Positions 10,116-19,148 of a stretch of 20,000 nt of DNA are shown piece by piece. The stretch covers positions 56,678-76,677 of the forward strand of contig JYFJ02001535.1 of NCBI GenBank assembly GCA_000934665.2. Direction: 5' to 3'. Positions within the stretch are counted from its first letter, which is position 1. Every line of letters begins with the position of its first letter. The DNA is from Catajapyx aquilonaris. Lineage: Eukaryota. The notes beneath the pieces are model-generated. The model did not search any database. It saw only the letters and a program-made list of their open reading frames with translations, and was not told the origin of the DNA. The translations under genes were made by a program, and so were the position numbers.

Positions 10116-11240
10116 TCAGTGAAAATGTCACTGATGCTGCTTCCACTGTTCCTGATGACACATCTGCAGGCGTCGCAGGGAGTTATCTGATGTCCCAGGG
10201 GAAAGCTTGTTGAATGGCCACTCGAACCTTAAACTATGGCATCGTTTCATAGCATTAATATAAATGGCTGGAAAAGTGATGGGAAAATGTAAAATTTAAT
10301 TGGTCTTTGGTGGTGGTCACAAAAGTGAGATTTTCTCACATAGTCGCATATATCAAGCTGAAAATGATTCCAGGCTGTGATGTAATCAGGCACTATTGGC
10401 ATACAAAAATGAGGTGGAAGTCAAAAAGCAGCTATCTTCACCGAACCTCATTCTGAAAAAAAACTCGCAACTGTGTCAGTTTCGATTTGTATAGCTGCAG
10501 ATGTGATTTCCTAGATTTTCTTCTTACGTTATGCTGCTAACATGACTCATTTTGGCCTGTCTTTGGCTCATATGACCAGATTTTAAAGGCAGTGCCAACT
10601 CAAATGTACAACCATATGTGAGCTTAATTATGCAACATGAGGTACAGTTTGCACCTGCAGTATGTGCACAATTTGGCTCAATGACCAGAATGTCATGTAG
10701 CTCTACATGCACAATATACTGTACTCGGGCTAAAAGTAGATGTGATGACATCATAATCATGGATTGGTGCTTGTCACAAAATTGTAAGTACAGCACTGTA
10801 CATGAAGGTGTACATTGCTGCCCAGTCCAAATAATATTGCTGTTCAGTATTGTCAATGCTAACAGCAGGCTATTAGAATGAATATTTCTTTGTACAAACT
10901 TTTTCCATGAACATGTGCAACAAAGTGGGTGACATGATCCAAGGACCGGCCACACCCGTTGAATTATTGGAAGTGACTCATTCCAATTCTTCAGCACATA
11001 CATCACGTTGCACAGACAGCAGCCGCTGTGAGTGTTTTGTAGGAGCTTTTATGATGGTGATAAGCACTCTCTACAGTATAAGACGCATATATCTTAGTGA
11101 CTCACATTTGTTGCAGGTACGTTCATTGTGCATGCCATTGCTCCTGCCAAGACCAGGTGTGTGAAATGTCCTGGGCAGTGGGCACTTAATAATTTTCTGT
11201 TCTCCAGAAATTACACGACTAATTATGTGATTCTAAACAG

Positions 11241-11925
11241 GTTGTTGAATGATACCTTGCTGAATGTTGAGGGTACACTGGACCTGGAGAAGGATACGCT
11301 TTCAAATGCCTTGACTTGGTAAATCAAGTTGGGTAAGTTGGAGGCGACTTGGGACCGGTGCGTGGAGGACATGGAGGAAGTGGTGCAGGCCCTGAAGAAG
11401 AGAGGATGGGTGCAGATGGGCCAGCAGGAGGTGCTACGCAAATTGGGAATCTGTTTAGGCATCTCATGAACCTCAACTTTGAACTCTGAACGCCTGACGT
11501 CCAGTGGGACAGGGAGAACCTGGAGGCCCTCTACAAGAACATGTGCAACCACCTCAACATTCCAAATAGGGTTAGTGAGAGCGCTTGGCAGTTTATCTTG
11601 TAAAATTTAAGGGAACTGAATGAATTTGAACGGAAATGTCAATCATGAAAAAGTTAATTGCAAGTGTGGGGTGTGCAGGGATGTTCATTCACATGAATCA
11701 CAAGTTGGTAGACATTATTATGCAGTGGAACGTAATATTCTGCTCCTCTGTGAGAGTCTTGCACTATATCAGCTGCATTATTTTGTTCATTACAAGTAAT
11801 GAATGAGCAGCTACTGTTGCTAGCTGGTGGAACTGCTGTTGTCACACTTGCAAGACAAATACCACTTCCAGGTTGAGTGGATGATGGTAGAGGTCACTTT
11901 TGAATTGCTGCAATTTCTCAAATGA
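11241..11925 (+). pseudogene. RMND1: RMND1 (required for meiotic nuclear division 1, DUF155) unprocessed pseudogene fragment; last two exons at about 11241-11570 and 11796-11925
   Basis: Translation DLEKDTLSNALTW*IKLGKLEATWDRCVEDM...EVLRKLG/NLFRHLMNLNFEL*TPDVQWDRENLEALY...NRV then VMNEQ/YCC*LVELLLSHLQDKYHFQVEWMMVEVTFELL follows the remembered RMND1 C-terminus (LEKFAFSNAL..SVKL.IWE; ELFALRH.INL..D...TPDFYWDRENLE.LY; VMNEKL.HC.EL; RLEWMI). Stops at 11320, 11487 and 11821, two frameshifts, and CAA in place of the acceptor CAG. Confidence 0.88.
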
Positions 11926-11933
11926 GATCCATT

Positions 11934-12355
11934 TTATTATTATTATTATTTTGGGTGCCCCCTTGAGACCTAGTGGTCAATGTAAGGGGGGAGATTGCAT
12001 CCGTTTTATATGCGATTTTCTTTCTCTCCGGTGCGAGGGACAGGGAAGGGATAAGAGGGAGGGACAGTGGTGCATTGTCTTGTGGTGGGGGCCATGTGCA
12101 GTTCCTCATGGGGCCAAGCTGTGACATCCCCCTAGGCGCGGACCAGAAGACCCCACTGACTCCGCACCTCCTCCAGGGCAGGGAAAGGAAGGAAGCGGCT
12201 GTGGCTGATTTTACAGTGCAATCCCGGAATTTTCCTGGGATGACCTTGGAAAACCACAGAAAACCAAGGTCAGGACCACCGGCCTCCGGGACTGGAACCC
12301 AGGACCTCCCGATTAGCAGTTGGACACCATATCCACTCCACCACTACTGCTTCGG
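11934..12355 (-). mobile_element. tRNA-derived SINE, family A, full length
   Basis: A box TGGTGGAGTGG (12333-12343), B-box-like GGTTCCAGTCC (12289-12299), (TAA)n tail at about 11934-11950, perfect 18-bp TSD TCTCAAATGAGATCCATT (11916-11933 / 12356-12373); related copy at 14668. Confidence 0.92.
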
Positions 12356-12530
12356 TCTCAAATGAGATCCATTGCATGGGTAGCGAATGATTGATGTGTC
12401 TTTCACAACTAGGGTGCACATCACATATTAGACAACAATCTATTATCAGCAAGGAGGAGAGTGTGCCGTAAACAGATGAACAATATTTTTTGCCTTATTA
12501 CTCTGCATTCTAGACTGCTCCTCTTGTGTA

Positions 12531-12876
12531 TATATATATATTTTTTTTTGCATTACCCAAGGGGGGGAGTTACGTACTCCTTAGGGGGGGTGGATTACCA
12601 CCATTGGGGTTTTCGTTGGAGCGAGTTAAGATAGAATCTTATTAGTGTACTCCAAGGGTGGGTGGGAGGGGATGTGCAAAGTGCAAGTGCAATGTCTCTA
12701 ATCGTCATTTTGTGAACTCCCCCGGGTGGCTTAGTCTATCGGAAATTGCCACCCGAAACGAAGCCAGAGATGGCCCAACTCTGCACGAAAGAAGGTGGGA
12801 ACCCTGGGTGGGGATTGAACCCGGGACCTTAACTTCCGTGGGCGCGCGCGTTACCGCGGCGCCACTCCGTCTCCCC
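12531..12876 (-). mobile_element. tRNA-derived SINE, family B, full length
   Basis: A box TGGCGCCGCGG (12854-12864), B box GGTTCAATCCC (12811-12821), A/TA tail at 12531-12549, 11-bp TSD CCTCTTGTGTA (12520-12530 / 12877-12887). Confidence 0.9.
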
Positions 12877-12922
12877 CCTCTTGTGTAATAATCTGGTTAC
12901 CTCCTTATAGAAATCTCATGTA

Positions 12923-13279
12923 CAGTACCGCTCATAAAGAATGGTATGACTCTATGGACGGAATCTTTATCCTGTTCCCAATCCCTGGGTCGCCAGCATG
13001 TTTTTAAGTGTTGCAGGGAAGGCCAGGAAAAGGGAATGAAAATAAAGCGAAAAAGAGAAGGAAAAAAGCAAGGCAAAGTAGGAAAATTTTAGGTGGGAAA
13101 TTCATCTCACATCAGCATTGCACCTGGTTTAACATTTTGGTAATAAAAATCTGGATGGGGGAGCCGTCATACTGGTCGCCAGGTTGTCCATAGTGTTGCA
13201 ACTTACAATTGGGAACACTTCTAAACAGTCAGGTTAAAAATTTAGTCCATAGATTCGTACCGTTCTTATGAGAGGACTG
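12923..13279. mobile_element. Tc1/mariner-type MITE
   Basis: Imperfect ~36-bp TIRs (CAGTACCGCTCATAAAGAATGGTATGACTCTATGGAC vs reverse complement CAGTCCTCTCATAAGAACGGTACGAATCTATGGAC), TA on both flanks. Confidence 0.85.
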
Positions 13280-14164
13280 TACATTCATTTGGGCAGTAAA
13301 TAACAAGTGAGCTGTTGTCAAAGTTTTGCATTTTGCTAAAATCATTTTTATTCTGCAAATGTCTGGCATAACTTCTGTGCCATTTTAAAAAATTGCCACA
13401 GCATTGCAGCATGGCAATCTTCTGTGCTGGACTTGTCTATCTTCCATCACCCAAAATGTCTTTGACAAATACTTTGTTCAGACCTGTGCAATCATAAGGT
13501 GTTAAAGTTAAACCTGACCCATGCTGCAAGTGATAGAGAAAAGGTAGATTCACATGATGGATGATGAATGACAGTGGCGTGATCTTTTGAGCAATTTTTA
13601 ATTAATGTCTTGTGCTACAGGTGCTGCCACAGCTTTGTGACTGCCAGGTCTTCATGCTTCCCTAGGGAATCATATGGGTCAACGTTGTAGGCTGCCTTAA
13701 ATTGCTGCCAGCTGGATGTGTTCTAACTGTACGATATTGTCAGGTGAGATGGTCTTCCTCACTGTTGCTCGTAGCAGTGTGGCACATTGTTGGGAGAGGA
13801 AATTTATCCCATCCCATAAATTAACCCTTTAGCCATGCTTGCAGCTTAATTTTATGAAGATGCCAGTGAAGTTGTTGGCCCCCCATTATCAGTGGTCTCA
13901 TTATCCACAGATGTATCAAGTACTATCAAGTACATATAAATAGATTGCTTCCGGGACTTGCAGGTGCATGTGCACTCTTATATGCAATTCTGGCATGTTG
14001 GTTCAAAATAATTGTATGGATCACTGGGCATGGAAATTTTTTGTGTGAATATGTATGTTCTTGTGTAATGATTGCCATTTATAAGGCTGGATGACATGCA
14101 GCAGGTAGTGATGGATGTGGCATTGGTTTCTAGGTTGTCATAATTTACGACTCAGGCTCTGTGG

Positions 14165-14408
14165 CAGTGCTTCCCAAACTGTGGGTCGCGACAGTAATAT
14201 TTGGGATCGCGAGGGAGGGTTACAAATTATTTTCCCAAAATGATGCTAAGTTTCTTGAAAATTATGACCATAAGGTAATGTCATTTCCAAGGTCATTTCA
14301 CTGTTTACCTGTCTTTTCATGTCTGCGGATCAAAATGTGCACATATAAGGGGTCGCTTTTACGAGACGATTTGTTGGGGTCGCCAACGAAAGAAATTGGG
14401 AAGCACTG
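14165..14408. mobile_element. Non-autonomous hAT (Charlie/Buster-like) element
   Basis: TIRs CAGTGCTTCCCAA / TTGGGAAGCACTG, 8-bp TSD CTCTGTGG / CTCTATGG (7 of 8), subterminal GGGTCGC repeats. Confidence 0.9.
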
Positions 14409-14667
14409 CTCTATGGTCTATGCCCTTTGATAGCATTTGACAAAATTTTCCGTGCAGGAATGTGTGACTAGGACTGCTGTGCATGTAATTTTTGTGGTGA
14501 AAAATCCTGCACATTTTTCTTTAATTGATGATTATTTTGCTAATAGATTGTGATGCATTAAAAATTGCATCAATTGTTACCGTGGTGCATATTTTGGTAT
14601 GAATGGATACGCCAGGAAAGCAATGGAGCTGCAATGGGACTTGCACATGACATATACTATAGAAAAA

Positions 14668-14861
14668 CTGAAGCAGTTTGGAGTAGGCCAGTAGGGGATA
14701 TGGTGTCCGACTGCTAATCGGGAGGTCCTGGGATCAAATCCCGGGGCCGGCAACTCTGACCATGGTTTTCTGTGGTTTCCCACGGTCCTTCCATGAAAAT
14801 TCCGGAGTTGTTTCCGTAATTAATAGGCCACAGCCGCTTCCTGCCGTCCCTATCCTATCCC
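14668..14861 (+). mobile_element. tRNA-derived SINE, family A, shorter diverged copy
   Basis: Shares GGATATGGTGTCCRACTGCTAATCGGGAGGTCCTGGG...GCCACAGCCGCTTCCT with the reverse complement of about 12170-12355; B box is GGATCAAATCC; no clear TSD. Confidence 0.85.
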
Positions 14862-15101
14862 AAAAAGCGCAGTAAAATGAAAGCAAAGAGTTCCAGGCAA
14901 AACAAAAAAACTTTCCCCCTAAAGAGCTGATAGGCTGATAACGGGGTATGGATTATTATTATTATTATACTGTAGAAAAGATATGTTTAATATCACTTTC
15001 CATCAAATTTCCAGAAAGGGGGAAAAAGAACTCAGGCCCTGGGGTAAGGCAATGGCTCAAAAAAATAATCCGCAGACTGCCCGGATTACTCCCGGATTAC
15101 C

Positions 15102-15429
15102 TATAGTTACCTGATCAAAATGACCCTGTGACCCATTTTTGAGGACGGAGGTCAAATTCCAACCTCACCAATTTTCTTGAAATTAGGTGCATTGGTAGCC
15201 CACTCCAAGGGATCAATATGACCCTGTGACCCATTTTTGAGGGGGGGGGGGGCGGTGCAGAGGTCAAATTCTGACCTCACCTATTTCTTGAAATTCAGTG
15301 AATTGACATATTCCCCCCTCCGATATGGGTCACGGTCATTTTTATCAGGTAACTATACGTGTGTTTTTCATCCCTTGGGGTGGGCTACCAATGCACCGAA
15401 TTGCAAGAAAATCTCTGAGGTTGGAATTT
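15102..15429. repeat. Composite direct and inverted repeat block, probably a DNA transposon relic
   Basis: ATGACCCTGTGACCCATTTTTGAGG at 15120 and 15218; 15325-15357 is the near reverse complement of 15102-15136 and 15370-15429 of 15154-15213. Confidence 0.8.
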
Positions 15430-15990
15430 TACGAGATGGAAAATGTCCCAAGTTGTCAGGGCAAATCTCAAGACATCATGTGATGTCTGTAGTCGTCAAA
15501 GGGTTAAATGAATTTTTCTCACTCTGGTCTCTGTGTGTGAATCTCTGGTGTGTGAATATGGCCTTGAAGTTACAAATTTACAGCTCTTAGCTTGTTTAGT
15601 GGTCACAAAGTACATGAGGAATCTTCTAAAATTCAAATTTAGTTGTCACACCAATGCTAATAATTTTGGCGTGCAATTTTAAGACCACACATTGTTCACA
15701 AACCTGAACTGTATTGAAACTGTGATGCGCTAATTCGTGATTTCCTACAGGTTCTGGTCCATCTAAAATATGTCTTTTTAGCTCTAGATACTCAGTTTTT
15801 ATCCAGAACCAGTCATTGCATGCATTGGTTTGCATTTCAAGCAAATTTTCTATCAAAAACTCACGAAAAATGTGTTTGTTTGTTGGGACACATTGACTTA
15901 ATTGCCTCTCTCTGTCTAACATGACTGTGGTTAAGCATTGTTTGTGTAGTGCACAGCACTGCTGTATTAGCCGTTACTATAACAAAGTGC

Positions 15991-15996
15991 TTTATT
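15991..15996 (-). terminator. Candidate polyadenylation signal for PSMG1
   Basis: AATAAA on the minus strand about 460 nt downstream of the PSMG1 stop. Confidence 0.45.
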
Positions 15997-16452
15997 GAGC
16001 TTCATTCAAAAACTGAAACATGCAATCCAGATTTTTGCCTTATCTGCCCATGAATAACTTATGGGCTCTCTGTTAATGAGAATCTGATGCTACACTGCCA
16101 TGCACAGACCAAGTGTGGGCTCCAGCACATAGAACGATAATAGACTAATGTGTTGTTAATATGTTGTGGTTGATCCGAAGCAGCATCATTGCAGAAAGCC
16201 ATCTAGAAGCAGATTTCGTGACCGGCCAATGCAACAATATCAGAAGCACAGATTATAATGCAGAGAGTGACACTGTGGATCAGGGGATGACAATAAGCAT
16301 TGCCGTATCTCCTGTTGTCAGGCATCTGTGCCAGTGGTACAAAAAGTGATAATAGAAAATAATTGGGCAGTACTTTGAGCTGTTCATTTCTGGGCTGTCT
16401 ACGTTAAAATAAAAACCACTTTTAGGTATTGGTCCCTCATTTACTCCGTCCC

Positions 16453-16830
16453 TTACACGTATATATTCCCTTTGTCAGCCAGATTTCCAATGGCGGTGTG
16501 TACTCTTAAGCCTGCAAGCTCCTCTCCTAGTGCTGCCTTAAATGGTTCCAGTGTGATTGAGTCTGGCTCCTCCGAGTCAGTGTAGTTAATGTATAAGGTG
16601 GCTGGAAGTCGGGAGACCTCACACAGGGTCAGGGCAGAGGCTGGAAGCCCACACACAGTGTTGGGCTGCTCCAGTCGAGGGATGTCGGGAGCTTTACTTG
16701 TGTGGCTAGTGCACAGTTGGCGGAGAAACGGTGTGGATAGGTTGGACACTGGCTCTGCACAACGGTACGAAGTCACGTGAGAAGTCATCAACAGGTGGAC
16801 ACCACCTGCACTTTGGATGTAAGGCAGCAC
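16453..16830 (-). CDS. PSMG1: PSMG1 terminal coding exon
   Basis: Acceptor ttcacttag|GTG; equals ORF 16453-16830 and carries the LEQPN motif. Confidence 0.95.
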   Translation of the reverse strand: MLPYIQSAGGVHLLMTSHVTSYRCAEPVSNLSTPFLRQLCTSHTSKAPDIPRLEQPNTVCGLPASALTLCEVSRLPATLYINYTDSEEPDSITLEPFKAALGEELAGLRVHTAIGNLADKGNIYV

Positions 16831-17832
16831 CTAAGTGAAAGCATTATTTGTATGTAAATATGTACCTCTGCTCAGCATGATATTTTCTGACTTTTTTAAA
16901 GATACAATGCTGCTTAATTAGCATTTAAGTGATTCAAGAAGCAGCATTCAGCTGAATTAGCCTAAAATCAACTCCTAAAATGACGACAGTGCAAACTTTT
17001 CCTAGAATGGGACCTTGACACAGCCAGCATTTCAGATCTCACGATTTTTTTCAGTTTACTTTTTGACCTCTCCTCTCCGATGAGAAACAAATCTTATATA
17101 CATAACATACTTGCTCGCAGAAGCGATGTGCCTGGAAGGGAGTCAATACCGTTGGGCAGATGGCAACAAGCGCTGTGAATGGATCTCCTACCAAGTGTAA
17201 AGTTGGACCTGCCACCTTTTGCGGGGCATCATCAATCCTCTCGCCATCTTGAGTCAACCACACTGTTGCCAATAGCTGGGATGAGTTGTCCTTTACCAGA
17301 TTTGATGCAAATGCTGTGGATTATACGCATTAAAACATTACCGGAATATTTGGACACTCAATATCGCCATGAAACACACAGCCTGACTTTGTGCAAGTTG
17401 ACACCTCTCAGAAATGTAATGAATTTCAAGTTATGTACATTGGATTCTTTTTTGACTTACAAGAAGGCTTATATTACACTCTTTAGAATCTATTGTTTTC
17501 CCTTGAAATGCTATCACACAACTGTTGGGCCAATAACGTGTCCTGCCAACGGCAAGTGCCGTTGTCCATACTCCACACCTGAGGCCAGCGTTCCCTGTGC
17601 CAGCAGAAAAGCCTTGGGCCTGAAACCCGTCGGCGCCTGGTCATCCCACTCCACCTCCACCCTTCTGGAAAATCACAATAAAAATAATATCAATTTTCCC
17701 ACGATCCATGAAAGGCCACTTTATTTTTCCCTACCCCTCCTTGGGCCCCACTCTTCCCTCCACTGCCCCATCCTCCTCGTCCGAGGCCTCGGGAGAAGGG
17801 TCGAACACAATCTCCCCGAAGAAAGTCGCCAT
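16453..17832 (-). CDS. PSMG1: Proteasome assembly chaperone 1 (PAC1), complete CDS; complement(join(16453..16830,17111..17313,17579..17664,17735..17832)), 254 aa
   Basis: N-terminus MATFFGEIV, internal PFLRQL...LEQPNTVCGLPASALTLC...LPATLYINYTD...DSITLEPFK and C-terminus NIYV match remembered PSMG1 motifs (ATFFGEVV; LEQPNIVHDLPAAVL; NIYT). Three GT-AG introns with phases 2,1,0; 765 nt. Confidence 0.93.
17111..17313 (-). CDS. PSMG1: PSMG1 coding exon 3 (AFASNLVKD...HRFCEQ)
   Basis: Acceptor ccacag|, donor CAA|gtatgt; same frame as ORF 17051-17272. Confidence 0.87.
17579..17664 (-). CDS. PSMG1: PSMG1 coding exon 2 (RVEVEWDD...AFLLAQGTLAS)
   Basis: Acceptor ttttccag|, donor CAG|gtgtgg; phases 2/1 fit the neighbours. 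Confidence 0.82.
17735..17832 (-). CDS. PSMG1: PSMG1 coding exon 1 (MATFFGEIVFDPSPEASDEEDG...)
   Basis: ATG at 17832, donor GG|gtaggg. Absent from the ORF track. Confidence 0.9.
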
Positions 17833-18581
17833 CCCAGACCGACCAGCAGCAACTCCGAACCTTTTCCTTCAATGATTTTGCTCGATTTTGAACAAAAAGT
17901 CAAGGCGCCATCTTGGAATGAGAAAACGAAACATAGCTGCTATTAATTCCAGAAACTAACTGCTTATTTGGGGGTGTTAACGGCTGTGGTAAATACTTCA
18001 CTGATTAGTACGGGAGGTGTTTCATTTATTTGGAGGCACGCTGGATGTGGCTAGCGGCAGTTTCCGGCACATAATTTGCATCTGCTTAATTGATATCTTT
18101 TGCTAATGTAAGTAGCCGCTACTAGCTCGGAATTAGCTATTGGCTGTGTTTACACATTCCAACGGCATTCCAATGGGATCAGACGCATGCGCGCTGGATC
18201 CTGTTTGCCGCCCTCTTCCGCCATTGGCCTTCTGAGAGCCGACACCTGTGATAGGCCCTCAATTTTTTCTGGGGTGACCAAGTTGAGAAGTAAGCCTCCC
18301 TGTGATTGGTCCGATTCGAATGCTGGAAAAGAGCGCGCGGTGTTGTCTCCACGCCGCGCCGCCAGCCCGCCAGCCACACATTTGGACCTGGCGGCCTCCC
18401 CTAGTCCCCTTTGTGTGTCTTTTTCCCGCCTGACCGACCGGCACGTCCTGTCCGTTGAGCATCGGTTGGGAAAGCCGGAAAGGAGGGGAGCCAGTAAGCC
18501 GGTCGGTGAAGCAACAAGACCAGCCTTTAGCTTGCTGCTGCTTCCCCAGATCGAGTAGAGAGGAAGAGAGAGAGAGGGATT
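17833..18581. promoter_or_regulatory. CpG-rich putative bidirectional promoter and 5' UTRs between PSMG1 and RRM1
   Basis: YY1/Pho-like GCCATCTTG (17907-17915); CCAAT/ATTGG at 18139, 18170, 18223, 18305; NRF1/Ewg-like ACGCATGCGC (18183-18192); E2F-type TTTCCCGC (18422-18429); visibly more CpG than the SCAF introns. Confidence 0.65.
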
Positions 18582-18636
18582 ATGATGGCCAGCCAGAGTT
18601 TCAAGCCTGCAGGACGCCTCTATGTCACCAAGAGAG
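18582..18636 (+). CDS. RRM1: Probable first coding exon of ribonucleoside-diphosphate reductase large subunit (MMASQSFKPAGRLYVTKR + G), 3'-partial
   Basis: Ends ...LYVTKR G|gtgaga, matching the ATP-cone start (Y/H)VxKRDG with a phase-1 intron in the Asp codon, as I recall for animal RRM1. Only 18 codons, and no exon 2 is visible in the window. Confidence 0.65.
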
Positions 18637-18698
18637 GTGAGAGGGGATGCCCATTGGCCATGTAATATTCGCATGTAGAGAATATGTGCTAGGTAGGC

Positions 18699-18900
18699 TT
18701 ATGGAGCCTGGCAGGCGGGTCTCCACCAATCCCACACCTGCGCCTCACTAGTACCATGGGTTCAGATCCACCAGCCATAAAGCTAATCACAGGTTTTATT
18801 ATTATGGAGCCTGGCAGGGTCTCCACCCAATCCCACACCGGCGCCTCACTAGTACCATGGGTTCAGATCCACCGCCATAAAGCTAATCACAGGTTTTATT
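18699..18900. repeat. Tandem duplication, two copies of about 100 bp
   Basis: TTATGGAGCCTGGCAGG...CACAGGTTTTATT at 18699-18800 and 18802-18900, with a few indels and one substitution. Confidence 0.95.
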
Positions 18901-18957
18901 CACATGGTAGTACATAAAAAAGCCTTGAAGCATATTGATACAATTGCATGTTAGGTA

Positions 18958-19148
18958 CACTGTAAAACCACAAAAAAGAGCATCACTGGTGAGTCTCTCA
19001 TGGAACATCAATTTCTAATGCTCTTGTGATGCTTTTTTGTTGCTAGAAAGCATTACAAGAGCAGTAGGAGAGCATTACAAGAGCATTAAAAATTGATGTT
19101 CCATCTCACCAGTGATGATGCTCTTTTAATGTTTTGCGGTTTACAGTG
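18958..19148. mobile_element. Palindromic MITE with CACTG termini (CMC/EnSpm-like)
   Basis: CACTGTAAAACC...GGTTTACAGTG ends; the arms pair over most of the length; flanks TA / TT, so the TSD is imperfect. Confidence 0.75.

Noticed and set aside
10524..11164. ORFs upstream of the RMND1 relic as further RMND1 exons
   Set aside because: I could not find upstream RMND1 motifs such as FFFREG..V.WN in the frames I translated; a BLASTX could still detect highly decayed exons.
12280..12876. Functional tRNA genes
   Set aside because: A and B boxes are present, but acceptor stems are poor and each head is followed by a body, tail and TSD, so they are SINE heads.
13821..15507. One 1.7-kb piggyBac element bounded by TTAA
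   Set aside because: The two ends share only CCCTTT and no transposase is evident.
15626..15922. 98-aa minus-strand ORF with CEQC, faintly like a piggyBac transposase C-terminus
   Set aside because: Resemblance is limited to a few residues and the nearby terminus faces the wrong way.
17179..17946. 255-aa plus-strand ORF
   Set aside because: Antisense across PSMG1 exons and introns, no domain, intron-like composition.
18150..18674. 174-aa and 123-aa ORFs in the promoter region
   Set aside because: Expected by chance in GC-rich promoter/UTR sequence; no recognisable similarity.
18699..18900. CRISPR-like array
   Set aside because: Two abutting long copies with no spacers, eukaryotic context, no cas genes.
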